DNA of 61,514 bases, filler included. It is 5 parts of 5 records of this genome, joined end to end, with 100 filler letters (N's around TTAATTAATTAA, not from the genome) between each part and the next. Parts side by side here need not be neighbours in the genome. Positions count along the whole stretch, not along the records: positions 39,323 to 56,076 come from SRR31156797_3766; 4 more parts are not named here. One strand, written 5' to 3'. This document shows positions 42,002-52,320 of this stretch, one piece after another (position 1 is the first letter of the stretch; every line of letters begins with the position of its first letter). Made by a program: the position numbers and the translations under genes. The notes under the pieces are model-generated. The model ran no database searches. It was not told where the DNA came from and worked only from the letters and a program-made list of their open reading frames with translations.

Positions 42002-42916
42002 ATGAGCAATGTATCTGCCAGCAAGGCGGTTGAAACGACCCTTGAGTCCATTCGTAAACGTACTTCGGCCTATGGCCAGCTCGCTGATCGGTTTGGGCAG
42101 GTTTTTCTGGCTGTCGCCGGATTGCGTGACGACCTTATGAAAAAAGGGGTGAGTGTACCTGACATTGATCCTGGCAGGATTGCTGCCGGGGCGCCTGTTT
42201 TGGCGGGAATAGATATGACCAAGTGGAGCGAGGCTCTGACCGATTCGGCTAAGGTCTTGCTTCCCATATTATCCGAAGTGCTCGAACTGGATGAAGAAAC
42301 GCAGAAATCTCTGACGGGCCATCTGGTAAACCCCGACATTCTTTCGGGACTTGCCCAGGCTCGAATTGAGGGCGATTGGAAGCACTTTGAGAACACCTCC
42401 GTATGTCCAGAAATCGTGTCGGCTGACACGCTCTTGTATATTTCAGAGATTGTTTCCGCGCCTGTCCTTTGTGCTATCGTCGAAACCCTGGGTGAGTCCC
42501 TTTCTTCCCTGACATGGGAGCAGGGGCATTGTCCCGTGTGTGGCTCCTCACCGTCCATTTCTCACCTTTCCCCTAAAGAAGTCACTGATCTCGATCAATT
42601 GGTCGGTGGCGGTGGCAAAAAGTTTCTTCATTGCTCCCTGTGTGGTCATGACTGGCGTTTCAAGCGGAACGTATGTCCGTCCTGCGGCAATGATGACAAT
42701 GAAACCCGTGAAGTTTTTTATGTCGATAATACGCAATATGAACGCATTGAAGCGTGCCATAAATGTGGTAAGTATTTGCTGAATATTGATATGCGCGAAT
42801 GTGAGCCCCGTCCGAATCTGGATGCTATCCAATTGGGCCTTATCCATCTCGATATCTATGCCCATGAGAACAAATTGAGTCCTATTACTTCGACTCTGTG
42901 GAATACGCTTGAATAA
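42002..42916 (+). CDS. fdhE: formate dehydrogenase accessory protein FdhE
   Basis: CPVCGSSP, LHCSLCGHDW..CPSCGN, EACHKCGKYL; start at ATG 42002 behind GGAG. Confidence 0.9.
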   Translation: MSNVSASKAVETTLESIRKRTSAYGQLADRFGQVFLAVAGLRDDLMKKGVSVPDIDPGRIAAGAPVLAGIDMTKWSEALTDSAKVLLPILSEVLELDEETQKSLTGHLVNPDILSGLAQARIEGDWKHFENTSVCPEIVSADTLLYISEIVSAPVLCAIVETLGESLSSLTWEQGHCPVCGSSPSISHLSPKEVTDLDQLVGGGGKKFLHCSLCGHDWRFKRNVCPSCGNDDNETREVFYVDNTQYERIEACHKCGKYLLNIDMRECEPRPNLDAIQLGLIHLDIYAHENKLSPITSTLWNTLE

Positions 42917-42933
42917 CGGATCGGAGGCAGGAC

Positions 42934-43719
42934 ATGCCGCATGTTAAATTGTACGCACTGAAGAATGAAGCCGAGGACTGGCGTCAGGAGAATCCTGAAC
43001 CGACTCAATCGGTGCAACTGGCATGCCCGGTTACTCTCCAGCAATTTGCCGGTGGCAAGCTCGCTTTCAAGGAGGGGCTTGTCGCCGTTGAATCGGATAT
43101 CAGTGTCGTCGTGAACGGTCGGGAGTTCGGTCTGCTGACACGGACCCCTGGCGATGACTTGTCTTTGATCGTGGGGCATCTCTTTACGTGTTCCATGATT
43201 CGCGAGAGTGATGACGTGCTGGATTGTTCTTTCCATTATCGGTCTTCTTCCCGCGCGGAGGTGACGCTCAAGTCACCTGACGGCATTCACCGACTGTTCC
43301 CTTCTCCGAGGCCTGCGCATATCACGCCAGATAGACTTTTCGAGTTGAAACAGACCTTCGAGCGGCGGCAGAATTTGTACAAGAACACTCGTTCGACCCA
43401 TGCGGCAGCCCTGTTTTCCATTGATGGTGAGTTGATCGCTTTTGGTGAAGATGTGGGGCGGCACAATGCTTTTGACAAGGCTATTGGACGAGCACTTCTG
43501 GAAGGGACTCTTGATCGGGTGAATATCGCCATGTTGTCATCACGGCTGGCACTTGAACTGACCCTCAAGGCTGCGACAGCCAATATCCCCATTCTTTGCG
43601 GGTTTTCTGCAGCGACCAGCTCTGCCATCAATTACGCTGAACGGAATAACATCACTTTGGCGGGTCGTATCAGAAAGGATACATTTGACGTGTATTCCAA
43701 TGGCTGGCGGTTTCAATAG
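42934..43719 (+). CDS. fdhD: sulfurtransferase FdhD
   Basis: RTPGDD, THAAALF, EDVGRHNAFDKAIG, SSRLALE, SAATSSA. Confidence 0.92.
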   Translation: MPHVKLYALKNEAEDWRQENPEPTQSVQLACPVTLQQFAGGKLAFKEGLVAVESDISVVVNGREFGLLTRTPGDDLSLIVGHLFTCSMIRESDDVLDCSFHYRSSSRAEVTLKSPDGIHRLFPSPRPAHITPDRLFELKQTFERRQNLYKNTRSTHAAALFSIDGELIAFGEDVGRHNAFDKAIGRALLEGTLDRVNIAMLSSRLALELTLKAATANIPILCGFSAATSSAINYAERNNITLAGRIRKDTFDVYSNGWRFQ

Positions 43720-43776
43720 AGGTTTTGCCGAGACTCTTTGAGTCTTTATGAAGAAAATGTTTTTTTCCGTTGTAAT

Positions 43777-43812
43777 AAAAAGAGGCTCCCGGTTTATGCC
43801 GGGAGCCTCTTT
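43777..43812. terminator. bidirectional intrinsic terminator
   Basis: AAAAAGAGGCTCCCGG-TTTATG-CCGGGAGCCTCTTT between convergent genes. Confidence 0.85.
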
Positions 43813-43831
43813 AGGCATATACAATAAAAAA

Positions 43832-45646
43832 TTATAATGAAGCGTAACGTTCGATTTTACCTTTGTAGGCCATAATACCCTCAACAATGCCGTTTGCGAG
43901 ATAGTCAAGATACCTGTCGGATTTGAGCCGCTTGGCTTCTGTTTTGTTGGTGATATATCCCAATTCGACCAGCACGGAAGGCATTTTTGCACCCATCAAC
44001 ACATAGAAGGGAGCCTCGCGAGTGCCCATGTTCTTGAGGGAGTATTTTTTGCGAACCCGTTTTATTGTGCTTGACTGAACATCCGAAGCAAGGTCCCGTG
44101 ATTCCTTGATTTTGGAGTTGACCATCAAGTCGGTCAGAATGAATTGGAGGTCGGATATTGAGCGCGGGTCCACTGCGTTTTCACGAGCTGCAATGCGGAC
44201 AGCGTCTTTGGATTTAGCAAGGTTCAAGCTGTATGTCTCCATTCCATGAATACTACGACTCCGGTTGGCGTTGCAGTGAATGGACAGGAATAGATCGGCC
44301 TTTTTGACGTTGGCCATGGCTGTTCTCTTTTCCAAAGCAATAAACACGTCCGTGGTCCGGGTGTACGCGATATTGAAACCTTTTGCCTTGAGCTTTTTAC
44401 CGAGAAGTTTTGCAAAACGGAGATTGATATCCTTTTCGCGCAGACCATTGGAAACGGCTCCGGGGTCCTTACCACCATGCCCCGGATCAATCATGATTGT
44501 CTTGACGGTCAGGCCGAGCTGTTCAAGTAGGTCTCCGGCCATTTTTTTACTTCCGTAAGGCGGACGATATTTGGAATTCGCCGTGGTCTTTTTGGGAGCA
44601 GCCTTGGCTGCCGCTTTGCGCGCGGCAAGGGTTTTCTCATCGGGGGCGTAGACATCAATGACAATTCGATACGGATTTTGAAGCGGGAAAACTTTGTATT
44701 CCTGAAGATTCAGGAAATCGAGAACGACGCGGGTGGTGTTCTTATTGTATTGCCCTGTACGGATGGAACGCAGAATGCCGTCGGAAACCGTCGTGGACGC
44801 GGTGACATCATGCCCCAGGCGAGAATTGCTGATATCGACGTAAAGTCTGTGCGGCCGATTCACTGCCGCATTGGGCTGGAGTACCTGATAGCGATATTTG
44901 GCTTGATCATCGAGTTCGAGAACCACGCGGGTGTATTCGTCACTGGAGGTATATCGAACCACGTCCAGATGAGCCATACCGGAAGGGTCTTTCGGTTTAA
45001 TGCTTGTCGATTTAGTCTTGGTTGTAGACTTTTTTGTTGTCGTTTTTGTGGCAACAGCATTAAGTGATTTGTTCCCGGAGGCCGAACCCCCTGAAACTTT
45101 CGCGATAGCCCAGTCGTATTTGCCCAGCCTTTTGAGGGCGGTCTTGGCTTTATTTTTCATATCCGAACGTGGATAATCAACAATGATGGTTGCCAGATCC
45201 AGCCGGGCATTAGTGGTTTCCCTGAGCCGTTTGGCATAAACTCCGGCCCGTCGGTAGAGGCAATCATCAGCCCATCCGTGGCGAGGATAACGAGCAAGCA
45301 CCCGACCAAAATAGTCTACGGCCCGTCGAAAATCGGATTTCAAACCGCTTTGTATGCCAAGTTCTTCGTGAACCCGGCCAATGTAATATAACGCTTTTGG
45401 CGCATATGGGCCATTGGGGTCCGCCTTGAGACAGCGGGAAAAGGACTTCTCAACTTTTTCCCAGTTGGAGCGATATTTGGCTCGTTTACTGTTTTTGGTC
45501 AACGCATGGAAATCAGAGTGGCCAACGATAAAGTAGGATTTGGCTGAAGCGGTGAGACCTGTGTTTGGGCACAGGAAAATGACGGCAAAAAAGAAAGCCG
45601 AGAATAAGAGCAGAAGATGTAATTTCGCAGCGTAATGCAGCTTCAT
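43832..45646 (-). CDS. N-acetylmuramoyl-L-alanine amidase (TPR + AMIN + Amidase_3)
   Basis: TRVVL AMIN motifs; IDPGHGGKDPGA, LSIHCNA, MPSVLVELGYITN. Confidence 0.92.
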   Translation of the reverse strand: MKLHYAAKLHLLLLFSAFFFAVIFLCPNTGLTASAKSYFIVGHSDFHALTKNSKRAKYRSNWEKVEKSFSRCLKADPNGPYAPKALYYIGRVHEELGIQSGLKSDFRRAVDYFGRVLARYPRHGWADDCLYRRAGVYAKRLRETTNARLDLATIIVDYPRSDMKNKAKTALKRLGKYDWAIAKVSGGSASGNKSLNAVATKTTTKKSTTKTKSTSIKPKDPSGMAHLDVVRYTSSDEYTRVVLELDDQAKYRYQVLQPNAAVNRPHRLYVDISNSRLGHDVTASTTVSDGILRSIRTGQYNKNTTRVVLDFLNLQEYKVFPLQNPYRIVIDVYAPDEKTLAARKAAAKAAPKKTTANSKYRPPYGSKKMAGDLLEQLGLTVKTIMIDPGHGGKDPGAVSNGLREKDINLRFAKLLGKKLKAKGFNIAYTRTTDVFIALEKRTAMANVKKADLFLSIHCNANRSRSIHGMETYSLNLAKSKDAVRIAARENAVDPRSISDLQFILTDLMVNSKIKESRDLASDVQSSTIKRVRKKYSLKNMGTREAPFYVLMGAKMPSVLVELGYITNKTEAKRLKSDRYLDYLANGIVEGIMAYKGKIERYASL

Positions 45647-45784
45647 TGTTTCAAACCAAGGCTGATTGAAAGATACTCCAACAGACGATTCGTCTAAATC
45701 ATATATGTCAGAACATACAGTTTGGCTGCATTTTTCAGAAAAATCTAAAAAAAGTCCAGAAAAGAATGCGATAATTGGAAAGAA

Positions 45785-46531
45785 TTAGGCTATCCCGGTA
45801 GTAAGCCATTGGGCCCAATCGTCTCTGCCGTTCTGTTTTGCCATGGCTGCGGCACTACTCCAATCATATTCTACCGTCATGAATTCGGTTTCCCACCCAG
45901 AGCGGTTTCGCGTGAGAATTGCGTATCTTGCATGGGGTGAACCGCTGGCCATTATATGCGGCGGAGTGTCGTCGTCATAGGCAGGAAGCCCTACGCTGCC
46001 GGGGTTGACGATGGTGATGTCGTCGCACATGATCAGCCCCGCGTGATGAGAATGTCCGGCCAGAACCAGTGAACAACCGTTCGCTTCGGGCATGAGATGT
46101 TCACGAAGTTTTGCGTGGTCTCGCATGGCAGGCAGGCCGGTGGTCACGTCTTCCAACAGATACGTCATGTCATCTTTGGGCGTTCCATGACAAAGAAGAA
46201 TGTCGGGTTCTGGATGGAATGTTGCTGGAAGTGTTTTCAGCCATTCCAGTCCCTTTTTGCCGATACCTTTCAATGTGCTTCGAAAAGTAGACACCTTTTC
46301 CCAATCCGGGCCCCCTTCGATGAGGATTCTGTCCTGATTGCCGAGGATGGCTGGCATGTCCTCTCTTTTAAGTATGGCCCATGTGCCTGCCGGGTCCAAT
46401 GGGCCGTAAAAAGTGTCTCCGAGATTGCAGAAATGATTTATGCCGTGTGCCCGAGCATGGGCAAGAACTGCTTCGAGTGCAAGGCTATTGCCATGGATAT
46501 CTGCCAATACGGCTATGGAGTCTTTGTGCAT
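45785..46531 (-). CDS. metallophosphoesterase
   Basis: ADIHGN, LGD, GNQD, HGTP, GHSH, NPGSVG. Confidence 0.9.
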   Translation of the reverse strand: MHKDSIAVLADIHGNSLALEAVLAHARAHGINHFCNLGDTFYGPLDPAGTWAILKREDMPAILGNQDRILIEGGPDWEKVSTFRSTLKGIGKKGLEWLKTLPATFHPEPDILLCHGTPKDDMTYLLEDVTTGLPAMRDHAKLREHLMPEANGCSLVLAGHSHHAGLIMCDDITIVNPGSVGLPAYDDDTPPHIMASGSPHARYAILTRNRSGWETEFMTVEYDWSSAAAMAKQNGRDDWAQWLTTGIA

Positions 46532-46630
46532 AGTGGAACGACTATTGGATAAAATCAGCTCTATTGCAAGGAGGCTTTCCTTTACTCGGTGAGAGGCAGG
46601 CCCTATATTGATACGTACGAGAGAACTATC

Positions 46631-47110
46631 ATGAGTACCATTATTGTCGGCATATCAGACATGCGGTTTTCAGTTGACCCTGAGGACATGCTCGTCACCT
46701 ATTCTCTGGGATCATGCATTGGGGTCTCTGCCTATGACCCTAAGGCACACATCGGCGGCCTGATTCATTGTCTGTTGCCGTCGCCGGGGGAGGCCCCGGA
46801 AGGAGACCGGAGCAATCCTTTCAAGTTTGTCACTACTGGCGTTCCTGTCATGGTTCGCCGTTTAGTTGAAGCAGGTGCCAAGCAGAGTCGCCTGGTATTC
46901 AAGGGAGCCGGCGGAGCCAATATTCGGAGTCAGTATCATATTCCCATTGGTGTGGAAAATGCCGAAGCATTGCGAGGGGTACTTACTTATAATAATGCCC
47001 GACTGGCTGCTGAAGAATTTGGAGGAACCATACCTCGAAGTATGTTTCTTCATATGGATACAGGTCGAGTTGTTGTTCGTTCAAAAGGCATATTCCGCGA
47101 TCTTGATTGA
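46631..47110 (+). CDS. cheD: chemoreceptor glutamine deamidase CheD
   Basis: TYSLGSCIGV, GGLIHCLLP, GAGGA, IGVENA, FGGTIPR; start at ATG 46631. Confidence 0.9.
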   Translation: MSTIIVGISDMRFSVDPEDMLVTYSLGSCIGVSAYDPKAHIGGLIHCLLPSPGEAPEGDRSNPFKFVTTGVPVMVRRLVEAGAKQSRLVFKGAGGANIRSQYHIPIGVENAEALRGVLTYNNARLAAEEFGGTIPRSMFLHMDTGRVVVRSKGIFRDLD

Positions 47111-47124
47111 TTTTTGGTCTGCAT

Positions 47125-47155
47125 AAAAAAAGGACGGCCCGTTTCTGGACCGTCC
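47125..47155 (-). terminator. intrinsic terminator
   Basis: GGACGGCC..GGACCGTCC stem with an A7 run, i.e. a U-tract on the minus strand. Confidence 0.7.
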
Positions 47156-47177
47156 CTGAATCTGATATTCCTTCCAA

Positions 47178-47840
47178 CTATTGAGGCTGGTATACCTTAT
47201 TGATAACGGTCAATTTGACCGGTACGTCACTCATTCTGCCGGAACGGGCTGTCTGTGATTCGAGGATCTTGTTGACGACATCCATACCTCTGATGACTTT
47301 ACCGAAGGCACAGTAACCCATGGTGGTACTTCCCGAGTATGTGCCTGTGCCGATTTGTTCAGCGGTCTGCTTGTAGTCGAGAATAGGGTTGTCTTCCACG
47401 TTGAAGAAGAACTCAGAGGTTGTAGAAAGCGGTTTGTCTGATCGTGCCATGGCGATCGTGCCTTTCTTGTTTAACAACCCTGTGGCGGCTTCGTTGGCAA
47501 TAGGGGGCAGTGTGGTCTTTCTTTTGAGCTGATATGTATAACCTCCGCCCTGAACAATATTCATGGAAGAGTCGTCTGAGCCTGCCGGGGGCTTACGTTG
47601 GCGAATGACCCGATGAAAGACCGTTTTATCGTAAAATCCTGAATCAACGTATTTGAGAAAGTTGGCAACAGTTTTGGGTGCATCTTTGGGGTAGAGCATC
47701 ACGATGATACGTCCTGCGGATGTCTCCATGACCACGACAGGGTTGGGTCCGGCTTGTGCGTTGGATGGAAAGATAGCCATCGCTGCAAGGAGCATGCAGG
47801 ACGTCACCACTGATAAAAGGATGTTTCGTGCGATATTCAT
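47178..47840 (-). CDS. cyclophilin-type peptidyl-prolyl isomerase (periplasmic)
   Basis: Signal peptide; APKTVANFL, FHRVI, QGGG, GTIAMAR, YCAFGKVIRGMDVV. Confidence 0.93.
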   Translation of the reverse strand: MNIARNILLSVVTSCMLLAAMAIFPSNAQAGPNPVVVMETSAGRIIVMLYPKDAPKTVANFLKYVDSGFYDKTVFHRVIRQRKPPAGSDDSSMNIVQGGGYTYQLKRKTTLPPIANEAATGLLNKKGTIAMARSDKPLSTTSEFFFNVEDNPILDYKQTAEQIGTGTYSGSTTMGYCAFGKVIRGMDVVNKILESQTARSGRMSDVPVKLTVINKVYQPQ

Positions 47841-47894
47841 TGTGTCACCTTTGCTTGAAATGATCAGAAGAATTATGTTGTTTCGCGAAACTGG

Positions 47895-48704
47895 TCAACT
47901 CTTCAAGGCATTGAGCAACAATGCCCTTGCCCCGGTTTCGTCCATATCCAGTCCGGTCCAGAGTCGAAATTGCGCCAGCCCTTGGTGTAGAAACATTTCC
48001 AATCCGGAAATAGTGTTGCAACCAGCTATGTTGGCTTCCCGCAAAAAACGGGTTTCAAGCGGGTTGTAGACAATGTCATAGGCCACCATGTTCGGGGTGA
48101 AAGCGTCCACAGGCCACGGTGAAAGCCTTTCGAGATCACCGGACATGCCCAGCGGAGTCGTGTTGCAAACCAATTCCCATGCGGTGGTGGTGCGTGTATC
48201 CCACTCAATGCATTTGATTTTGAATTCTTCGGCCAGCTTTTTCGTTTTGTCGTATGTCCTGTTGGTTACGCCGATGTGTTGTACGCCCAATTCTTTCAGC
48301 CCGACAATGGCGGCCCGTGCCGCACCGCCTGCACCCAGCACAAGAGCCGAGTCAGGGGGGTGGTTCAATGAGCGAAGGGGGGCGATAAAACCGATGACAT
48401 CAGTGTTTTCACCACACAGAGTAGCATCGTTCCAATAGAGAGTATTGACTGCGCCGACCTGTGCCGCACGGTCGGAGATTGCGTCCAGATGGTCCATGAC
48501 TGTTTGTTTGTGCGGAATGGTCACGCTGAGACCGGAAATAGGCCGGGTGCGAATTTGCCCCATGAATGAAGACAAGTCGTCCGGTGAGACCGGCCATGCC
48601 GCATAGCTGGCCTCCACGTCGAGTTCGCCAAACCCCCAATTGTGCAGGGTTGGGCTCATGGTGTGCCCCAGCGGCCAGCCTATTATTCCGTAGCTTTTGA
48701 ACAT
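47895..48704 (-). CDS. aroE: shikimate dehydrogenase
   Basis: GWPLGHTMSP, SVTIPHK, GAVNT, NTDVIG, LGAGGAARA, YDIVYNP, GLEMFLHQG; start MFKSYG at 48704. Confidence 0.94.
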   Translation of the reverse strand: MFKSYGIIGWPLGHTMSPTLHNWGFGELDVEASYAAWPVSPDDLSSFMGQIRTRPISGLSVTIPHKQTVMDHLDAISDRAAQVGAVNTLYWNDATLCGENTDVIGFIAPLRSLNHPPDSALVLGAGGAARAAIVGLKELGVQHIGVTNRTYDKTKKLAEEFKIKCIEWDTRTTTAWELVCNTTPLGMSGDLERLSPWPVDAFTPNMVAYDIVYNPLETRFLREANIAGCNTISGLEMFLHQGLAQFRLWTGLDMDETGARALLLNALKS

Positions 48705-48712
48705 GGTAATTT

Positions 48713-49639
48713 TTACAGTTCTTCGGCTTGTTCCAGATTGCCGATGTTCCGGCCAGACCATTTTTCTTCCATGGAGCCGAGGTTTGCCTTGAGCATTTTG
48801 AAGAGAACTCCCTTGGGGCCAACTTCAACAAATTCCCGAATGCCCGTTACCCACATGGCCTGCATGGTTTGAATCCAGAGCACGCTGGAGGTCATCTGGC
48901 TTTGCATGGTGGTCAAGATTTGTTCAGGGTCGGGCTGCGGGAGAGCCGTGGCGTTGTGATGTACCGGAAAAGCTGGAGCGCTCCAGGAGAGTGTGCCGAG
49001 AAAAGTACTGAATTCGTCGGCTGCTTCCTGGATAAGCGGGCTGTGGAATGCGCCGGATACGGCCAATCGAATTGCGCGCCCTTTTGCTTCCTTGACGAGT
49101 GCCTCGGCAGCATCGAGTGCTTCTTTTTCACCGCTGATGACGAACTGAGCCGGAGTATTGTAATTGGCTATGCGCAATTCTTTACCTGTGGTTTTAGCCG
49201 CCTTGTCGACAATCTCTTCCACGATGTCCTGTTGGAGTTTGACCACAGCGGCCATGCCATGGCCTGCGCCACCGGATTCGGCCATGAGCCGACCACGCAG
49301 GGTGACAGCCTTGATGCAGTCTTGCATGCTCAGGATGCCTGCAGCGCCAAGAGATGCGAATTCGCCCAGACTGTGTCCTGCTGTTGCTGCGGGAGTCAGC
49401 TTGTTCTTTACTGTTAACCATAAGGACAGATTGACCACGGTTAACGCAGGTTGCAAAGCCCGTGTATCGGCCATGTCTGCGGCCTCGCCATCCCAGTATA
49501 TTTCGCGAAGGGGCAGGCCTGATTCATTTTCAGCCAGTTTCCAAAGGTCCAGAGCCGCGTTGTCGTTTTCGGCAACGTCCTGTCCCATTCCTTTTTCTTG
49601 GGAACCTTGTCCCGGAAAGAGTACGCCAATCTTGGTCAT
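48713..49639 (-). CDS. fabD: malonyl-CoA-ACP transacylase
   Basis: FPGQGSQ, GHSLGE, ANYNTPAQFVISG, VSGAFHSP, EVGP; start at ATG 49639 behind AGGAG. Confidence 0.94.
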   Translation of the reverse strand: MTKIGVLFPGQGSQEKGMGQDVAENDNAALDLWKLAENESGLPLREIYWDGEAADMADTRALQPALTVVNLSLWLTVKNKLTPAATAGHSLGEFASLGAAGILSMQDCIKAVTLRGRLMAESGGAGHGMAAVVKLQQDIVEEIVDKAAKTTGKELRIANYNTPAQFVISGEKEALDAAEALVKEAKGRAIRLAVSGAFHSPLIQEAADEFSTFLGTLSWSAPAFPVHHNATALPQPDPEQILTTMQSQMTSSVLWIQTMQAMWVTGIREFVEVGPKGVLFKMLKANLGSMEEKWSGRNIGNLEQAEEL

Positions 49640-49810
49640 TATATTCTCCTTGTATGGATGGCGGGGATGGTTGCCCCGTCCATAATATGTCATGTTTGGT
49701 GATATCTGAGATATCGCGTCCGAGAATGATGCGTCAAGCAGTCCGTTGCCTGTTCGTTGACAGGAAAAAGACAAAGCAGGTAGATCAGAGAGCATAATTG
49801 GAGCAACAAC

Positions 49811-50434
49811 ATGAAGATATTGATTATTGGTAACGGTGGACATGCCCGGATGGTCGCGTCTGTTTTGGCAGCCATGGAAGGCGTTCAGCCATTAGGATAT
49901 GTGACCAAGGAGAGCAAGGCTGGAGTTCTTGGTCCTTTGGATTTGCCTATATTAGGTGACGATGATTGCGTGTCCTCTGTGGATCATGATGGCGTGATTG
50001 TGGCTGTGGGAGATAATCATATTCGGCAACGCCTTTTTGATCGATTGATCGCCGACGGTGAAAACTTGGTGAATGCAGTGCATCCCAGTGCAATAATAGC
50101 TCCTGACGTAATTCTTGGGGGGGGGTGTGTTGTTTGTCCCGGTGTTATTTTGAATACAGGCGCAGTTATTGGGGACAACGTTATTCTCAATACCGGCTGC
50201 GTTGTAGAGCATGAATGCTTAATTGATTCGCATGTCCATGTGGCACCCGGCGCGAAATTGGCTGGAGGTGTGGTCGTCAACAAGAAGGCTTTTGTTGGGC
50301 TCGGGGCGTGTATTATTCAATGTCTTACGATTGGAGTGGATAGCGTCGTTGGTGCCGGGGCTGTTGTTGTTGAGGACGTTCTTTCGGCCTCGACCGTCAT
50401 GGGAATCCCGGCAAAATCAAAAAAAGACGTATAA
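49811..50434 (+). CDS. NeuD/PglD-like sugar acetyltransferase (hexapeptide repeats)
   Basis: IGNGGHA, AVGDNHIR, VHPSA, VVEHEC, hexapeptide repeats, GIPAK. Confidence 0.9.
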   Translation: MKILIIGNGGHARMVASVLAAMEGVQPLGYVTKESKAGVLGPLDLPILGDDDCVSSVDHDGVIVAVGDNHIRQRLFDRLIADGENLVNAVHPSAIIAPDVILGGGCVVCPGVILNTGAVIGDNVILNTGCVVEHECLIDSHVHVAPGAKLAGGVVVNKKAFVGLGACIIQCLTIGVDSVVGAGAVVVEDVLSASTVMGIPAKSKKDV

Positions 50435-50757
50435 AGTCCATTTTTATTATTAGTTGTCTGCAATGGTTGAATAAAACCTCTCCACAAGCTATAACTCTCT
50501 GAAATTGAACGTTTTTAAAATTCAAACAGGTATTTCAACAGGTTAAGCGGGGCAACGTGTTATTTTTCCAGAACATTTCTAGACTGGCCGCTAGCCCTTG
50601 CTGTGCAAGGCTTTCTATAAAAAACGCCAACTGACTTGATTTAACTGGATTTCCCGGTTATAAAAACGGGTAACTGTCAAAAATTCTCCGATGGAACGGA
50701 ATGTTTCCATGCCGTTGAAAGGCTTAGGTTTCAGACCGAACGGAGTGGAAAGAAGGA

Positions 50758-51183
50758 ATGGCTCACGTGGATTCTGACTGTATTTTTTGTAAAATTGTGG
50801 CAGGGGAAATTCCCTGTGCCAAAGTGTTTGAGTCGGAAACCTGTCTGGCTTTTCTCGATATCGCACCTGTGAATGCGGGGCATGCCTTGGTGCTACCCAA
50901 GGGGCATTACCCCACATTGATGGACATTCCCGTAGAAATGGGAAGCGATTTGCTTGAGGCTTTGTCTGTCGTGGGCAAGGCAGTCATTGAGGCTACCGGA
51001 GCCGACGGCCTGAACCTTATGCAGAATAATTACGAGGCTGCCGGACAGTTGGTGCATCATGCACATTATCATCTCATTCCGAGATTCTCGGACGACGGAT
51101 TGCGCCTGTGGGAGCAGACTCCGTATAAAGACCCTGACGAGATGAATCGGCTTGCGGCTGAAATCGTAAAAATTGTGAAGTAA
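50758..51183 (+). CDS. HIT family protein
   Basis: CIFCKIVAGEIP, GHALVLPK, AGQLVHHAHYHLIPR. Confidence 0.94.
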   Translation: MAHVDSDCIFCKIVAGEIPCAKVFESETCLAFLDIAPVNAGHALVLPKGHYPTLMDIPVEMGSDLLEALSVVGKAVIEATGADGLNLMQNNYEAAGQLVHHAHYHLIPRFSDDGLRLWEQTPYKDPDEMNRLAAEIVKIVK

Positions 51184-51212
51184 TTTCTGAAAACCTTTTC
51201 TGGAGGCGATCA

Positions 51213-51497
51213 ATGGGCACCCTCACAAAAGCTGGCATCGTAGATTACATTTACGAACGCACTGACAAGAATCGCGCCGAAATCAAGGACTTGGTTGAAT
51301 CCATCCTTGAGATCATGAAGACAGCAGTCAAGAAAGACCACGCTCTTCTGATCAGCGGTTTTGGCAAATTTGAAGCGTATGACAAGCGGGCACGCAAGGG
51401 GCGCAATCCCCAGACCACCCAGACGATTACTTTGCCGCCGCGCAAAGTGGTTGTATTCAGGTTGTCTCGCAAGTTCCGCGCCGAACTGAATCGTTAG
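51213..51497 (+). CDS. ihfA: integration host factor subunit (alpha-like)
   Basis: TLTKA, ISGFGKF, RKGRNPQT, RKVVVFR. Confidence 0.85.
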   Translation: MGTLTKAGIVDYIYERTDKNRAEIKDLVESILEIMKTAVKKDHALLISGFGKFEAYDKRARKGRNPQTTQTITLPPRKVVVFRLSRKFRAELNR

Positions 51498-51549
51498 GAT
51501 TGTTTATGAGGCCCGAATTGCTTCGAGCCTCTTGAATTGTCTGTCGAGA

Positions 51550-52176
51550 TTATTTGTCGGCCGATTTCTTGAATACAAACCCTTCGGGGTAGTCTGTCTT
51601 GAGTTTGGCAAGTGCGTTTTCGGCCGAAGTTTCGTCCGGGAATGAGCCTGCCTGTACGCGGAATAGACCCGTATCTGTTTTGGACAATACAGAGTCCTTG
51701 TACCCATCCGAAAGGAGCTGTGCGAGGACTTTGTTTGCATTTTCCAAGTCGGAAAAAGCACCGATTTGGACATAGTACATACCGGGTTCCGTTTCGGTTG
51801 GGGATGTGACCTCTTCAGTAATAGTCACTTTTTCGGTGACAGTCACTTCTTCGGTTATGACTTCTTTTTCCGCTGCAATGGCCGTCTTGGCTTCATCTTT
51901 TGCAGTCTCAGCTTGGGGCAATGGTTCCTCGGCCAAATCGTCTTCACCCACATCAGCCGGCTGAACAGCCGCTTCTGCCGGAGCATCAACGACGTATGTC
52001 TCTTCAATGATTTCTGGCTGTTCTTCGGCTTTTTGTGGAGATGGTGCGGCTTTCACTTCGACCTGTCGAGCCGGTTGTTTGACTGGAGGCGCCGATTCAA
52101 TGTGTTTACGGAAACACCCACTGAGTACCAGCGCGGACGTTGCCAACACAATCAGGGTCAATATGCTTTTTTTCAT
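51550..52176 (-). CDS. SPOR-domain lipoprotein
   Basis: Lipobox LSGC, acidic linker, YYVQIGAFSDLENA..FRVQAGSF. Confidence 0.88.
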   Translation of the reverse strand: MKKSILTLIVLATSALVLSGCFRKHIESAPPVKQPARQVEVKAAPSPQKAEEQPEIIEETYVVDAPAEAAVQPADVGEDDLAEEPLPQAETAKDEAKTAIAAEKEVITEEVTVTEKVTITEEVTSPTETEPGMYYVQIGAFSDLENANKVLAQLLSDGYKDSVLSKTDTGLFRVQAGSFPDETSAENALAKLKTDYPEGFVFKKSADK

Positions 52177-52320
52177 GGGATAACTCCCCCTTTTCTTCAT
52201 TTTTATGGATAGTGAACCATGTCTAGAGATAATCTAAACGATATCCAAGCGCAAGGGTGAATGGTCAGCTCAGGGTTATGAGTGTGGACGGAGCAGCGTT
52301 GGTTGAGATAGTATCAGTAA

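Noticed and set aside
50585-50602. Possible sigma-54 promoter TGGC..TTGC
   Set aside because: GG-to-GC spacing is 12 nt rather than the required 10.
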